Source: Alphaproteobacteria bacterium (GTDB lineage Bacteria; Pseudomonadota; Alphaproteobacteria; Bin95). From it: 64,000 nt of DNA. Shown here piece after piece: positions 38,157-48,192 of the stretch; positions within the stretch are counted from its first letter, which is position 1; every line of letters begins with the position of its first letter. The position numbers and the translations under genes are program-made. The stretch is from the NCBI GenBank assembly GCA_965205265.1, contig CBDBGH010000003.1, forward strand, positions 1,888,001-1,952,000. The letters run 5' to 3'. A model generated the notes under the pieces. It had not been told where the DNA came from and ran no database searches. It was given only the letters and a program-made list of their open reading frames with translations.

Positions 38157-38425
38157 ACGGAGGGGACGTGACGGAGGGGGCGTTGAGGTATGACGGAAGA
38201 AATGTCGTCGGTCTCCCCCGTCAACCTATCTTTGTAATCTCCTATCGAAGGACGGCCGGACTTCCGGTTCAACATGAACGGGTCCTGCTCTAGCCGTTCG
38301 AGGGCGAGGACAGGCGGAGTCGGGGCGGCAGTCCTTGCGCCTCCTTTGTCACGATCCAACAAAGTCGGATGTCGCAATAATCCGGCCTATAGTTGTCGAA
38401 CGGACAAGGACAAGGAGCGTGCGAA

Positions 38426-38839
38426 ATGAGCGAAGAGACGCCAGGCCGCCGCGACCTTCTCGAACAGACTTCGAGAATCGTGTCGGCGCATGTCTCCAAC
38501 AATACGGTCGCGGTCAGCGATCTTCCCGATCTCATCCGGCAGGTTTACGGTGCCCTTGCAGGCCTCGGCGAACGCCCTCAGGGACCCTCCGAACGCCCGA
38601 TTCCCGCAGTTCCCATTCGCAGGTCCGTGATGCCGGACCACATCGTGTGCCTTGAAGACGGCAAGAAGCTCAAGATGCTCCGGCGCCATCTCAAGACCGC
38701 TTACAACATGACACCGGAAGAATACCGCGAACGCTGGAACCTGCCGGCCGACTACCCGATGGTTGCGCCCAATTATGCGGCCCAGCGGAGCGAGCTCGCC
38801 AGGAAAATCGGTCTCGGCCGCCGCACGACCCGCAGTTGA
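38426..38839 (+). CDS. mucR: Ros/MucR-family zinc-finger regulator
   Basis: IVSAHVSNN, PAVPIRRSVMPDHIVCLEDGKKLKMLRRHL, YPMVAPNYA. Confidence 0.96.
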   Translation: MSEETPGRRDLLEQTSRIVSAHVSNNTVAVSDLPDLIRQVYGALAGLGERPQGPSERPIPAVPIRRSVMPDHIVCLEDGKKLKMLRRHLKTAYNMTPEEYRERWNLPADYPMVAPNYAAQRSELARKIGLGRRTTRS

Positions 38840-38933
38840 CGGCGACTCGGCTCCGAAGCCGGAGAACGCGCGGCCGCACTAGGCGCGCCGCGCCGGGCCG
38901 GGTAAACTGACCCGGTCGGAGAAAGGCGCTGCG

Positions 38934-39875
38934 GTGGCTCTCAAGGTAAGGAAGGCGGTGAGTCGGGTGGTGCCGCGCAGACGGGTGACGCCGCCCGGCA
39001 AGCGCGGGCTCATCGTGCCGTTCTTCGGCCCGGCGGCGCGACGGCGGCGCGCAGCCCCCCTCGCCCAGCGCAGCCCGTTCATCGTCGAATCCGGCGATCT
39101 CGTCGTCCGACTGGCCCAGACGGATGCGGACATAGACGCTGCCCAGGCCCTGCGCTTCAAGGTCTTCTACGAAGAGATGACGGCGCAGCCGAGCCCGGCG
39201 ATTGCGGCGGCCGAGCGCGATTTCGACCGGTTCGATCCCTATTGCGACCACCTCATCGTCCTGGACCGGCGCCTCGGCAGCGGCTCGTCCGCCATCGTCG
39301 GCACCTACCGGCTGATGCGGCGCGATGCGGCGGCCCGCATCGGGCGCTTCTACACCCAGGACGAGTACAATATCCGCAAGCTGCTGCGCGGCGGGCGGCA
39401 GATCCTGGAACTCGGACGCTCCTGCGTCCATCCGGACTATCGCCGCCACCACACCATGCAGATGCTCTGGCGCGGCATTGCGCGCTATGTGACGCACTAC
39501 AATGTCAAGCTGTTGTTCGGCTGCGGCAGCTTTCCCGGCGCCGATCCGGAGGCGCATGCCCTGCCGCTCTCCTACCTGTATCACGAACATCTGGCTCCTC
39601 TTGCGGTTCGCCCGAAGGCGCTGCGCTCGCGCCATGTCGAGATGCGGCGCATAGCCCGCGAGGATATCGACGAAAGGAAGGCGCTCGCCGCCCTGCCGCC
39701 GCTCATCAAGGGCTATTTGCGCCTCGGGGGCGGAGTCGGCGACGGCGCGGTGATCGATGCCGAGTTCGATACCGTCGATGTCTGCATCGTCGTCCGCCCC
39801 GACGGCGTGACCGACCGCTATCTCAGGCGCTACAGCCGGGACGGCGAAGTCACGCGGGAGGCCCTGGCTTCGTGA
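38934..39875 (+). CDS. GNAT N-acyltransferase, OlsB-like (start uncertain)
   Basis: AQALRFKVFYEEM, DRFDPYCDHL, VGTYRL, LELGRSCV, LPPLIKGYLRLG. Confidence 0.88.
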   Translation: MALKVRKAVSRVVPRRRVTPPGKRGLIVPFFGPAARRRRAAPLAQRSPFIVESGDLVVRLAQTDADIDAAQALRFKVFYEEMTAQPSPAIAAAERDFDRFDPYCDHLIVLDRRLGSGSSAIVGTYRLMRRDAAARIGRFYTQDEYNIRKLLRGGRQILELGRSCVHPDYRRHHTMQMLWRGIARYVTHYNVKLLFGCGSFPGADPEAHALPLSYLYHEHLAPLAVRPKALRSRHVEMRRIAREDIDERKALAALPPLIKGYLRLGGGVGDGAVIDAEFDTVDVCIVVRPDGVTDRYLRRYSRDGEVTREALAS

Positions 39876-40666
39876 TCCGGCACTCGCCGCTGCGCGCGCT
39901 CGGGCGCCTTCTGGCCTATGTCCTCTACACATTGCCTCTAATGCCGGTGCAAGCCTTCGCCGTGCTCTTCAAACGGCCCCTCGCCGTGACCCTGCCGCTT
40001 GCCTACCATCGGCGCTGCGCCGGGCTTCTTGGCTTCGAACTCCGGACCCACGGGACGCTGAGCACGACCCGCCCGACCCTGTTCGTGTGCAACCATGTCA
40101 CCTATCTCGACATCGTCACGCTGGGGGCGACGCTGCCGGCCTCTTTCGTCGCCAAGTCGGAGGTCGCGGGCTGGCCCTTTTTCGGGCTGCTTGCTAGGCT
40201 GCAAAGAAGCGTGTTCGTGGACCGGCGGCCGCGTTCGACCGCCGGCCAGCGCGACGCCATGCAGACGCGGCTCGAAAGCGGCGACAACCTGATTCTCTTC
40301 CCGGAGGGCACGTCCAGCAACGGAAGCCGGGTGCTGCCTTTCAAGAGCGCCCTGTTCAGCGTCGCAGAGCGCGAGGTCGGCGGCAAACCGCTGGTAGTGC
40401 AGCCGGTATCGGTCGCCTATTCCGCCATAGACGGCCTGCCGACCGGCCGGGCGCATATGCCGCGCATCGCCTGGTATGGCGATATGGGCATGGCGGGCCA
40501 TATCTGGAACGTGTTGGGTTTGGGACGGATATCGGTGGACATCGTGTTGCACAGCCCTACCAGCTATGCCGAGTTCGCAAACAGGCGGGATATGGCGCGC
40601 GTCTGCCACGAAGCGGTGGCCGGCGGCATGGAGAAGGCCCTAGCCGGCCGACTCGCAGGCGGTTGA
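39872..40666 (+). CDS. 1-acyl-sn-glycerol-3-phosphate / lyso-ornithine-lipid acyltransferase
   Basis: NHVTYLD, FVAKSEV, FPEGTS. Confidence 0.9.
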   Translation: MIRHSPLRALGRLLAYVLYTLPLMPVQAFAVLFKRPLAVTLPLAYHRRCAGLLGFELRTHGTLSTTRPTLFVCNHVTYLDIVTLGATLPASFVAKSEVAGWPFFGLLARLQRSVFVDRRPRSTAGQRDAMQTRLESGDNLILFPEGTSSNGSRVLPFKSALFSVAEREVGGKPLVVQPVSVAYSAIDGLPTGRAHMPRIAWYGDMGMAGHIWNVLGLGRISVDIVLHSPTSYAEFANRRDMARVCHEAVAGGMEKALAGRLAGG

Positions 40667-40728
40667 CGCGCCCGCGCCGAATGCTAGCTTCACGCGCATC
40701 GATGCTCGAGACACCGACAAGGCAGGCA

Positions 40729-42057
40729 GTGCGAAAGAAGCTGTTTGTCAAAACATATGGCTGCCAGATGAACGTGTACGACTCCGAACGGATGTCGGAA
40801 ATGCTGGCGGCCGTTGGCTACGAGGCCACCCGGACCGCCGACGACGCCGACCTCGTGGTGCTCAATACCTGCCATATCCGCGAGAAGGCTGCTGAAAAGG
40901 TCTATTCCGAGGTCGGCCGGCTGCGTGCGCTCAAGGCCCGCCGCCCGGACATGCTGATTGCCGTCGCCGGCTGCGTCGCCCAGGCCGAGGCCGGGGAAGT
41001 GGTGCGCCGCGCGCCTGCCGTCGATATCGTCGTCGGGCCGCAAGCCTATCATCGCCTGCCGGAAATGCTGGCCCGGGCCGAGCGGACGCGGGGCGGCGGA
41101 ATCATAGACGTGGACTTCCGCCCGGAAACGAAATTCGACGAGCTTCCGGTTCCCGAAGGGCCGGCGGGGCCGAGCGCGTTCCTCACGATCCAGGAGGGCT
41201 GCGACAAATTCTGCACCTTCTGCGTCGTGCCCTATACGCGCGGCGCCGAGTATTCCCGACCGGCGGCGGCGGTGGTCGCCGAGGCGAAGGAACTCGCCAG
41301 GCGCGGCGCGCGCGAAATCGTGCTGCTCGGCCAGAACGTGAATGCATGGCGCGGCGAGGGCGCCGGCGGCCGCGACTGGACCCTGGCGCGCCTCATCCGG
41401 GCGCTGGCCGAAATCGAGGGCGTCGAGCGGCTGCGCTACACGACCTCGCATCCCCGCGACATGACCGACGACCTGATCGAGGCGCATGGCGCGGTGCCGG
41501 CGCTGATGCCCTTCCTGCATCTCCCGGTCCAGGCCGGCTCGGACCGGGTGCTGGAGCGGATGAACCGCAAGCACCGCGCTTCGGACTACAGGCGCATCGT
41601 CGAGCGGCTCCGCGCCGCCCGGCCCGACATTGCGCTCGCCTCGGACTTCATCGTCGGGTTCCCGGGAGAGAGCGAGCGTGACTTCGAGCAGACGCTGGGC
41701 CTCGTGAGGGATGTCGGCTACGCCCAGGCCTATTCGTTCAAGTTCAGCGCCCGGCCCGGCACGCCTGCCGCCGCCGACCCCCTGCAGGTGCCGGAAGCGG
41801 CCAAGGGCGAACGCCTGGCCCGGCTTCAACAGCTGCTGAACGGCCAGCAGCAGGCATTCAACCGGGGCTGCGTCGGGAAACGCCTTCCCGTGCTGTTCGA
41901 GCGGCCCGGCAAACGGGACGGCCAGCTCGTCGGGCGGTCTCCCTACATGCAGGCGGTCCATGCAGAAGCGGGCGCAGCCGGGATCGGCGACCTTGCCGAG
42001 GTCGAAATCCTGGCCGCCGGCCCGAACAGCCTCTCCGGCGGGAGCCTCGCAATTTGA
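40729..42057 (+). CDS. miaB: tRNA-2-methylthio-N6-isopentenyladenosine synthase
   Basis: [36 protein letters not shown] domain. Confidence 0.97.
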   Translation: MRKKLFVKTYGCQMNVYDSERMSEMLAAVGYEATRTADDADLVVLNTCHIREKAAEKVYSEVGRLRALKARRPDMLIAVAGCVAQAEAGEVVRRAPAVDIVVGPQAYHRLPEMLARAERTRGGGIIDVDFRPETKFDELPVPEGPAGPSAFLTIQEGCDKFCTFCVVPYTRGAEYSRPAAAVVAEAKELARRGAREIVLLGQNVNAWRGEGAGGRDWTLARLIRALAEIEGVERLRYTTSHPRDMTDDLIEAHGAVPALMPFLHLPVQAGSDRVLERMNRKHRASDYRRIVERLRAARPDIALASDFIVGFPGESERDFEQTLGLVRDVGYAQAYSFKFSARPGTPAAADPLQVPEAAKGERLARLQQLLNGQQQAFNRGCVGKRLPVLFERPGKRDGQLVGRSPYMQAVHAEAGAAGIGDLAEVEILAAGPNSLSGGSLAI

Positions 42058-43034
42058 GCGAAGCGCGTCTTCAGTTCGACGACAACAGCCTTCTGCCGGC
42101 CCTGTACGGCACGCACGACCGCAACCTGGCGCGTCTGGAACAGAAATTCGGCGTATCCATGCACGCGCGCGGCAACGAACTGGCCATCGCCGGACCGGAA
42201 AGCGCCGTGGCGGCGGCGCGCTCCGCGATGGACCTGCTTTACGACCGCGCAAGGCGGGGGCTCGAAATCGACCCGGGCGAAGTGGACGGCGCGGCGCGGC
42301 TCGCCGAGGTCGCCGGCATTGCCAGGCTGCCCGGCGCCGGCGGCGACCTGTTCGGCGCCGATAGCGAAACCGTGGAAACCCGGCGGCGCCTGATCGCCCC
42401 CCGTTCCCCCAACCAGGCGCTGTATCTCAAGACGATCCGCGAGCGCGACGTGGTCTTCGGGGAAGGCCCGGCAGGCACCGGCAAGACCTATCTTGCCGTG
42501 GCGGCGGCGGTTTCCATGCAGACGGCGGGAGAGGTGGACCGAATCGTGCTGTCGCGCCCGGCGGTCGAGGCCGGCGAGCGTCTCGGCTTCCTTCCGGGCG
42601 ATCTTCGCGAAAAGGTCGATCCCTATCTTCGGCCCCTCTACGATGCTCTGCACGACATGGTCTCGGGCGACCGGGTGATGCGCCAGATCGGCAATGGGGA
42701 GATCGAGATTGCGCCGCTCGCCTTCATGCGGGGACGCACTCTTGCCAGGTCGTTCGTCATCCTGGACGAGGCGCAGAACACGACCCCCACCCAGATGAAG
42801 ATGTTCCTGACCCGCCTGGGCGAAGGCTCGCGGATGGTGGTGACGGGCGACATGTCCCAGGTCGATCTGCCGGGAGGGGTGCGCTCGGGGCTGGCCGAGG
42901 CGCTCGACGTGCTGGGAGGTGTGGACGGTGTCGGCGTGGTGCGCTTCAACTCCCGCGATGTGGTCCGGCACCCGGTGGTGACGCGCATCGTCGATGCCTA
43001 TGACGCGGCTGCCAAGGCGCGCCGCGATGGATAA
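42054..43034 (+). CDS. phoH: PhoH-like ATPase
   Basis: [32 protein letters not shown]. Confidence 0.95.
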   Translation: MSEARLQFDDNSLLPALYGTHDRNLARLEQKFGVSMHARGNELAIAGPESAVAAARSAMDLLYDRARRGLEIDPGEVDGAARLAEVAGIARLPGAGGDLFGADSETVETRRRLIAPRSPNQALYLKTIRERDVVFGEGPAGTGKTYLAVAAAVSMQTAGEVDRIVLSRPAVEAGERLGFLPGDLREKVDPYLRPLYDALHDMVSGDRVMRQIGNGEIEIAPLAFMRGRTLARSFVILDEAQNTTPTQMKMFLTRLGEGSRMVVTGDMSQVDLPGGVRSGLAEALDVLGGVDGVGVVRFNSRDVVRHPVVTRIVDAYDAAAKARRDG

Positions 43035-43503
43035 GTGGACGGTCGAGGTCTCGCTCGGCGAGGGCGAATGGCCCGACGGCGAAGAGGCCGCCGACTGGTG
43101 CAGCCGCGCGGCATGCGCGGCGCTGGCCGGCGCCGGGCGAACCGAACCTGCGGAGCTTTCCGTTCTGCTCGGCAGCGATGCCGAGCTCCGCGCGTTGAAC
43201 CGCCGCTACCGGGGCCGCGACAAGCCGACGAATGTGCTCTCCTTCCCTTCCGGCGCCGCGCCCTGGCCGGGCGGGCCGCCGCTGCTCGGCGAGATTGCGC
43301 TGGCGGGCGCAACGGTCCGGCGCGAGGCCGTCGAGCAGCGCAAGACGCTGCACGACCACCTGTGCCACCTCGTGGTCCACGGGACATTGCATCTCCTCGG
43401 GTTCGATCATGCAACCGAAGCGGCAGCCGTGCGTATGGAGCGGCTGGAGGCGCGTTGCCTCGAAACCCTGTCGGTAGCCGACCCCTATGAGGAGCGGGGC
43501 TGA
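43027..43503 (+). CDS. ybeY: rRNA maturation RNase YbeY
   Basis: LNRRYRGRDKPTNVLSFP, HGTLHLLGFDH. Confidence 0.96.
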   Translation: MDKWTVEVSLGEGEWPDGEEAADWCSRAACAALAGAGRTEPAELSVLLGSDAELRALNRRYRGRDKPTNVLSFPSGAAPWPGGPPLLGEIALAGATVRREAVEQRKTLHDHLCHLVVHGTLHLLGFDHATEAAAVRMERLEARCLETLSVADPYEERG

Positions 43504-43509
43504 CCGGCC

Positions 43510-44379
43510 GTGGACACGACGCACCATACGCCGAACGGCAATGGCGGCCGCCTGAAAGGCATCTGGCGCCGTCTTTCGGGAAGGCGAAGCAATGAGGGCT
43601 CGATCAGCGAAACCCTGTCGGACCTTGCGGCTCAGCATACCGAGGACGTAACGCCCATCGACCCGCTCGAACGGGCCCTGCTGGAAAACACGCTCAAGCT
43701 TCGCCGCATGACGATCGAGGATGTGATGGTGCCGCGGGCGGACATCGTCGCCGTTTCCGCGGAGACGCCGCTCCATGAGGTCGTGGCTGCGGTCGAGCAG
43801 TCGCGCCACTCGCGCCTTCCGGTATTCGAGAAGGATCTCGACCGGATCGTCGGCATGATCCACGCGAAGGACGTGCTGGCTCATATCGGCAAGCCGGACC
43901 CGCCATCGCTCAAGGACCTCGCGCGCGAAGTCCTGTTCGTCTCGCCGGCGATGCTGGTTCTGGACCTGTTGCTCGACATGCGGCTCAAGCGCACGCATAT
44001 GGCCCTGGTCGTGGACGAGTTCGGCGGCATAGACGGTCTCGCCACAATCGAGGACCTGGTGGAGGAAATCGTCGGCGACATCGAGGACGAGCACGACATC
44101 GCGGAATCGCCGCAACTGGAGACGCGGCCGGACGGCACGCTGGTGGCGGACGCCAGGGCGACGCTGGAGGATTTCGAGGCGGCTGTCGGCGAGGTCCTGA
44201 CCGACGATGAGCGCGAGGACCTCGACACTCTGGGCGGGCTCGTTTTCAACCTGGTCGGGCGCGTTCCGAGCCGCGGGGAGCTGGTGTCGCATCCCTCGGG
44301 CCTGGAATTCGAGGTGCTGGACGGCGACCCGCGCCGGCTGAAGCGGCTCAGGGTCCGCAATCTGCCGGCGGACGAATGA
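43510..44379 (+). CDS. corC: CBS/CorC-HlyC family protein
   Basis: DVMVPRADI, HSRLPV, VVDEFGGIDGLATIEDLVEEIVGDIEDEHD. Confidence 0.9.
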   Translation: MDTTHHTPNGNGGRLKGIWRRLSGRRSNEGSISETLSDLAAQHTEDVTPIDPLERALLENTLKLRRMTIEDVMVPRADIVAVSAETPLHEVVAAVEQSRHSRLPVFEKDLDRIVGMIHAKDVLAHIGKPDPPSLKDLAREVLFVSPAMLVLDLLLDMRLKRTHMALVVDEFGGIDGLATIEDLVEEIVGDIEDEHDIAESPQLETRPDGTLVADARATLEDFEAAVGEVLTDDEREDLDTLGGLVFNLVGRVPSRGELVSHPSGLEFEVLDGDPRRLKRLRVRNLPADE

Positions 44380-45869
44380 GAACGCGGCTCGCCGGGCTGG
44401 CGGGCCGGAAACGGCTATTGGCCGCAGCGGCCGCAGGCATGGGCGCCACACTGGCCGTGCCGCCTCTGGGCGCAACGCCGGCCCTGGCCGCAGGCCTGGT
44501 GGCGCTTGCATGGCTGCTCGACGGCACGGCGCGGTTCAGGGACGCCTTCCTGACGGCCTTCGCCTTCGCCTTCGGGTTCTTCGCCGCCGGCCTCTACTGG
44601 GTGGCCGGCTCCTTCTTCGTCATCGGCGGCGCAACGGCGGCAGGCGGGCCGGCGGCCGTTCTGGGCCTGGCGGCGCTGCTTGCCTTCTTTCCGGCTTTTC
44701 CCGCTGCGCTGGCGCATCGCCTGACGCAACCGGGCACAGGACGGGCTCTGGCGCTGGCGGCCGCGCTCGGCCTCGGCGACTGGCTGCGCGGCCATCTGCT
44801 GACCGGCTTTCCCTGGAACCTGTTCGGCTATTCCTGGCTGCACGTACCGGCCGTCGAGCAGGCGGCCGCGGTCATCGGCATATACGGGGTCGGGCTGGCG
44901 ACGCTTGCTGTCTGCCTTCTCCTGTCCGTGCCCGACCGGCGGGCATGGACGGCAGCCGCTCTCGCGGTTGCAGCGATGTTCGCTTACGGCGAGCTTCGCG
45001 TCGGCGGCGCGCCCCCGGTGGAGACGGCAGGCGGGCCGCTTCTGCGCCTCGTGCAGCCCAATATCCCGCAATCCGAGAAATGGCGCCGCGAGGATGCCGC
45101 CGCCCACCTGCAGCGCCTGGTGCGCCTTGCCTCCGCAGGCCCGGTGCCGGACGCCGCGATCTGGCCCGAAACGGCCGTCGCCCGGCTGCTGCATTCCAAG
45201 TCGCCGCTTGTCGAGGCGCTGGGAAAGAGCGTCGAGAGCCGCCGGGGGCTGATTTCCGGTGCGCCCTGGCGGGAGGACGGGCGTTACTACAACAGCATCC
45301 TCGCGATAGACCGCGAGGGCCGGATACAGGGGCGCCACGACAAGGCGCATCTCGTGCCCTTCGGCGAATATGTGCCGCTGCGCAGCCTGCTGGGCGCGGC
45401 GAAGCTGACGGTCGGGGGCAAGGACTTCGCCGCGGGGCCGGGCCCCTCGACGCTTGTCCTTCCGGGTATTCCGCCGTTCGGCGCGCTGATCTGCTTCGAG
45501 GCGATCTTTCCGGGCGAGGTCGTTGCAACCGATGACCCGCCGGAATGGCTGCTGAACCTGACCAACGACGCCTGGTTCGGCGAAACGGCGGGGCCGCACC
45601 AGCATTTCGAAATCGCGCGCATGCGCGCCATCGAGACCGGCCTGCCGGTCCTGCGCGTCGCCAATACCGGCATCACCGGCGCGGTGGACGGCTACGGGCG
45701 CCGCCTCGGCAGGCTCGAACTCGGAACCGCCGGCAGCCTCGACATCCGCCTGCCTGCTCCGCTTGCGGAAACGACCTACGGCCGCCTGGGCGACCTGCCG
45801 TTCTTCGCGGGGGTCTTGCTGCTCGCCGCCTTCGCCGCCTGGCGCGGCCGGCCCGGCGGCCGTCGATAG
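44376..45869 (+). CDS. lnt: Apolipoprotein N-acyltransferase
   Basis: TGFPWN, VQPNIPQ, WPETA, K.HLVPFGEY, ICFE, TNDAWFG, RAIETG. Confidence 0.95.
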   Translation: MRTRLAGLAGRKRLLAAAAAGMGATLAVPPLGATPALAAGLVALAWLLDGTARFRDAFLTAFAFAFGFFAAGLYWVAGSFFVIGGATAAGGPAAVLGLAALLAFFPAFPAALAHRLTQPGTGRALALAAALGLGDWLRGHLLTGFPWNLFGYSWLHVPAVEQAAAVIGIYGVGLATLAVCLLLSVPDRRAWTAAALAVAAMFAYGELRVGGAPPVETAGGPLLRLVQPNIPQSEKWRREDAAAHLQRLVRLASAGPVPDAAIWPETAVARLLHSKSPLVEALGKSVESRRGLISGAPWREDGRYYNSILAIDREGRIQGRHDKAHLVPFGEYVPLRSLLGAAKLTVGGKDFAAGPGPSTLVLPGIPPFGALICFEAIFPGEVVATDDPPEWLLNLTNDAWFGETAGPHQHFEIARMRAIETGLPVLRVANTGITGAVDGYGRRLGRLELGTAGSLDIRLPAPLAETTYGRLGDLPFFAGVLLLAAFAAWRGRPGGRR

Positions 45870-46674
45870 GAGCCGCCGCCCGCCGTCGGGTCGCGCCGCA
45901 CATGGCCGCGCTCGCGAAAGCGCCGGACAACATCCGGGCTCTCATCGCACCGACCACCGGGATTACGATAGCCGAAGACGAATTTGGGGGTCTTGGGCCC
46001 CGCCGCCGACCAATCGCTTGAATTATTGGAGAAAAACCTGCGCAGCCGGCTCGATTTAGCGTAGCATTTCCGCACCATTTTCAAACTTGGCATCTGCTAC
46101 AAGACTGGTGTTGAACGACAAGCCTTTCGGCCGCGCGTCATTCGGCATTGTTGTTCGTCTGCTGCCCGGCGTGGTTGTCGGTGTCAACGGCGGTCCTGCC
46201 GCAGAGACCATGCACGGCCGAAGCAGTTCCGGAACACGCCTTCGCAGGTCTGTCATTTACAGCCCGGGTCCCTGGCAGACTGCCGCCAGCACGACTCGTT
46301 CACGCGGCGAATGGCGCCTGCGGCAATCCGGATCGGGGCAGGGCCGGGCTCGGGTGAACGGTTTCGTCGTCTGCTCGTCCCACGCTCCCGCACGGGCGTT
46401 GCCAATAGGGGGCGTTCGGAGTCATGCTGGCGCCTGACCACACGCTCCGGCCGGTGCTCCGGCTTGAGGCCGACACTATCGAATCCGGCTGTAGCGGCGT
46501 GGCCGGCGCCTTCCGGTAGGAGGCAGCGATGGCGATAGGCGGGCTAAGTCTCCTGCGGGCGGTGGATCGGCACGCATTCATCGCCCCGGGCAGGCCGGGT
46601 TGCTGCCGCCGGATTGCCGGCGGACCGGGCCGACAGGCGGGGCACGCGGCGGACATGCTGGAACAGGCGCCCCC

Positions 46675-47253
46675 ATGAACAGGTCCCGCCCGTTCCTGGC
46701 CGCTGTGTTCCTGGTGGCGCTGTCGCTGGCCTCTGCGGCTCACGGACAGTCAGGCGAGCATTCGGAAATCCCCGGCCATGTGCGTGCCTACGCCCTTTGG
46801 CAGCAAGGCTACATATTGCACCTCAACGGCCGATACCGGGCCGCGGTCGACAGCTTCCGCAAGTCCATCGAGATTCTGCCCACGGCCGAGGGGCACACAT
46901 TTCTGGGCTGGTCGCTCAGCATGCTCGGGCATATCGAAGAAGCTATCGCCGAATGCCGGAAAGCCATCGCGCTCGATCCGGATTATGGCAATCCTTACAA
47001 CGATATCGGGGCCTATCTGATCGAACTCGGTCGCCCGCACGAGGCGATCCCGTGGCTCGAGAAGGCGACCTCCGCCAAGCGGTACTGTTGCTATCAGTTC
47101 GCGCATTTCAATCTCGGCCGCGTGCATCTGGTGGAGGGGAATCCCGACGCGGCGAGGCGCTCCTTCGAACAAGCCTTGCAGCACGACCCCGACTATCTGC
47201 CCGCACGAAAGGCTCTCGATTATCTCGACGCCGAATTCGGAAAACCGCTGTAG
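46675..47253 (+). CDS. Exported tetratricopeptide-repeat protein
   Basis: Signal peptide; TPRs including AIALDPDYGNPYNDIGAYL. Confidence 0.85.
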   Translation: MNRSRPFLAAVFLVALSLASAAHGQSGEHSEIPGHVRAYALWQQGYILHLNGRYRAAVDSFRKSIEILPTAEGHTFLGWSLSMLGHIEEAIAECRKAIALDPDYGNPYNDIGAYLIELGRPHEAIPWLEKATSAKRYCCYQFAHFNLGRVHLVEGNPDAARRSFEQALQHDPDYLPARKALDYLDAEFGKPL

Positions 47254-47338
47254 TCGAGCGCCCGGTGGCGCCTCCCGGCGGACGCGCATTTGACGCGCCC
47301 GCCGGGAGGCGTCAGTCTCCTGAGTCTGAGGGAATCCC

Positions 47339-48100
47339 ATGGCGGAACTCGACAAGAGGGTAGCTATCGTAACCGGCGGCGCCCGCGGCATCGGACGCGG
47401 CTGCGCACATGCGCTGGCCGAACGCGGCCTTGCCGTGGCGCTGGTGGACATCCTCACCGACGAGATGTCGGATACGAGGGCCGAGGTCGAGGCCCGGGGC
47501 GCCCCGTGCCTCGCCTTCGAGGCCGATGTCGCCGACCATGCCCGCGCGAGGGAGGTCGCCGGCAGCGTCCTCGACCGGTGGGGCCGGATCGATGTGCTCG
47601 TCAACAATGCCGGGCGGCCGATGCCGACCGGCATACTGGACCTCTCCGAGGAGCAGTGGGACACGACCATCGACGTCAACCTGAAGAGCTGCTTCAACTA
47701 CATCCAGGCCGTGGCGCCCACCATGCTGGCGCGCGAATACGGGCGCATCGTCTCGATGTCCTCGCTCAACGCCCACTCCGGCGGCGTGACGGCCGCCGTC
47801 TCCAGGGTGGCCTACGCCGCCGCCAAGGCCGGCATCATCGGCCTGACGCGCTCGCTCGCCAAGGAGCTGGGGCCGCACATCGCCATCAATTGCGTGTGCC
47901 CCGGCCTCATCAAGACCGAGCTCGCGCAGAAGAACCCGGTCATCGCCACGCGCGAGCCGGAACTGATCCAGGGCATTGCGCTCAACCGGACCGGCAGCCC
48001 GCGCGACGTGGCCGAGCTCGTGGCCTTCCTCGCGACCGTGGAGCCCTGCTTCGTCACCGGCCAGGACATCACCATAGACGGCTTCCAATGGAACCGGTGA
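47339..48100 (+). CDS. SDR-family oxidoreductase
   Basis: TGGARGIG, NNAG, YAAAK. Confidence 0.93.
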   Translation: MAELDKRVAIVTGGARGIGRGCAHALAERGLAVALVDILTDEMSDTRAEVEARGAPCLAFEADVADHARAREVAGSVLDRWGRIDVLVNNAGRPMPTGILDLSEEQWDTTIDVNLKSCFNYIQAVAPTMLAREYGRIVSMSSLNAHSGGVTAAVSRVAYAAAKAGIIGLTRSLAKELGPHIAINCVCPGLIKTELAQKNPVIATREPELIQGIALNRTGSPRDVAELVAFLATVEPCFVTGQDITIDGFQWNR

Positions 48101-48192
48101 GGGCCGGGGGGACGGTTCGGGGACGGTCCCGGAATGGAAGGAGGCGGGCCTGCCCCGCCGCAATGGAACCGCAACAGGGAGACACACGAACG

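Larger units (their letters stand above)
35997..38242. mobile_element. IS1595-type MITE (about 248 bp) now hosting IS1634
   Basis: TIRs GGGGCTTATATGGATAGGTTGAC (35997-36019) and (rc) GGAGATTACAAAGATAGGTTGAC (38220-38242); 8-bp TSD TATCGAAG at 35989-35996 and 38243-38250. Confidence 0.8.

Noticed and set aside
31671-38242. One large composite IS1595 transposon including the TerS-like gene
   Set aside because: The outer flanks differ (TCATGTTT vs TATCGAAG); each element has its own TSD pair
46088-46104. Sigma54 promoter at TTGGCAT
   Set aside because: No TTGC at the -12 position
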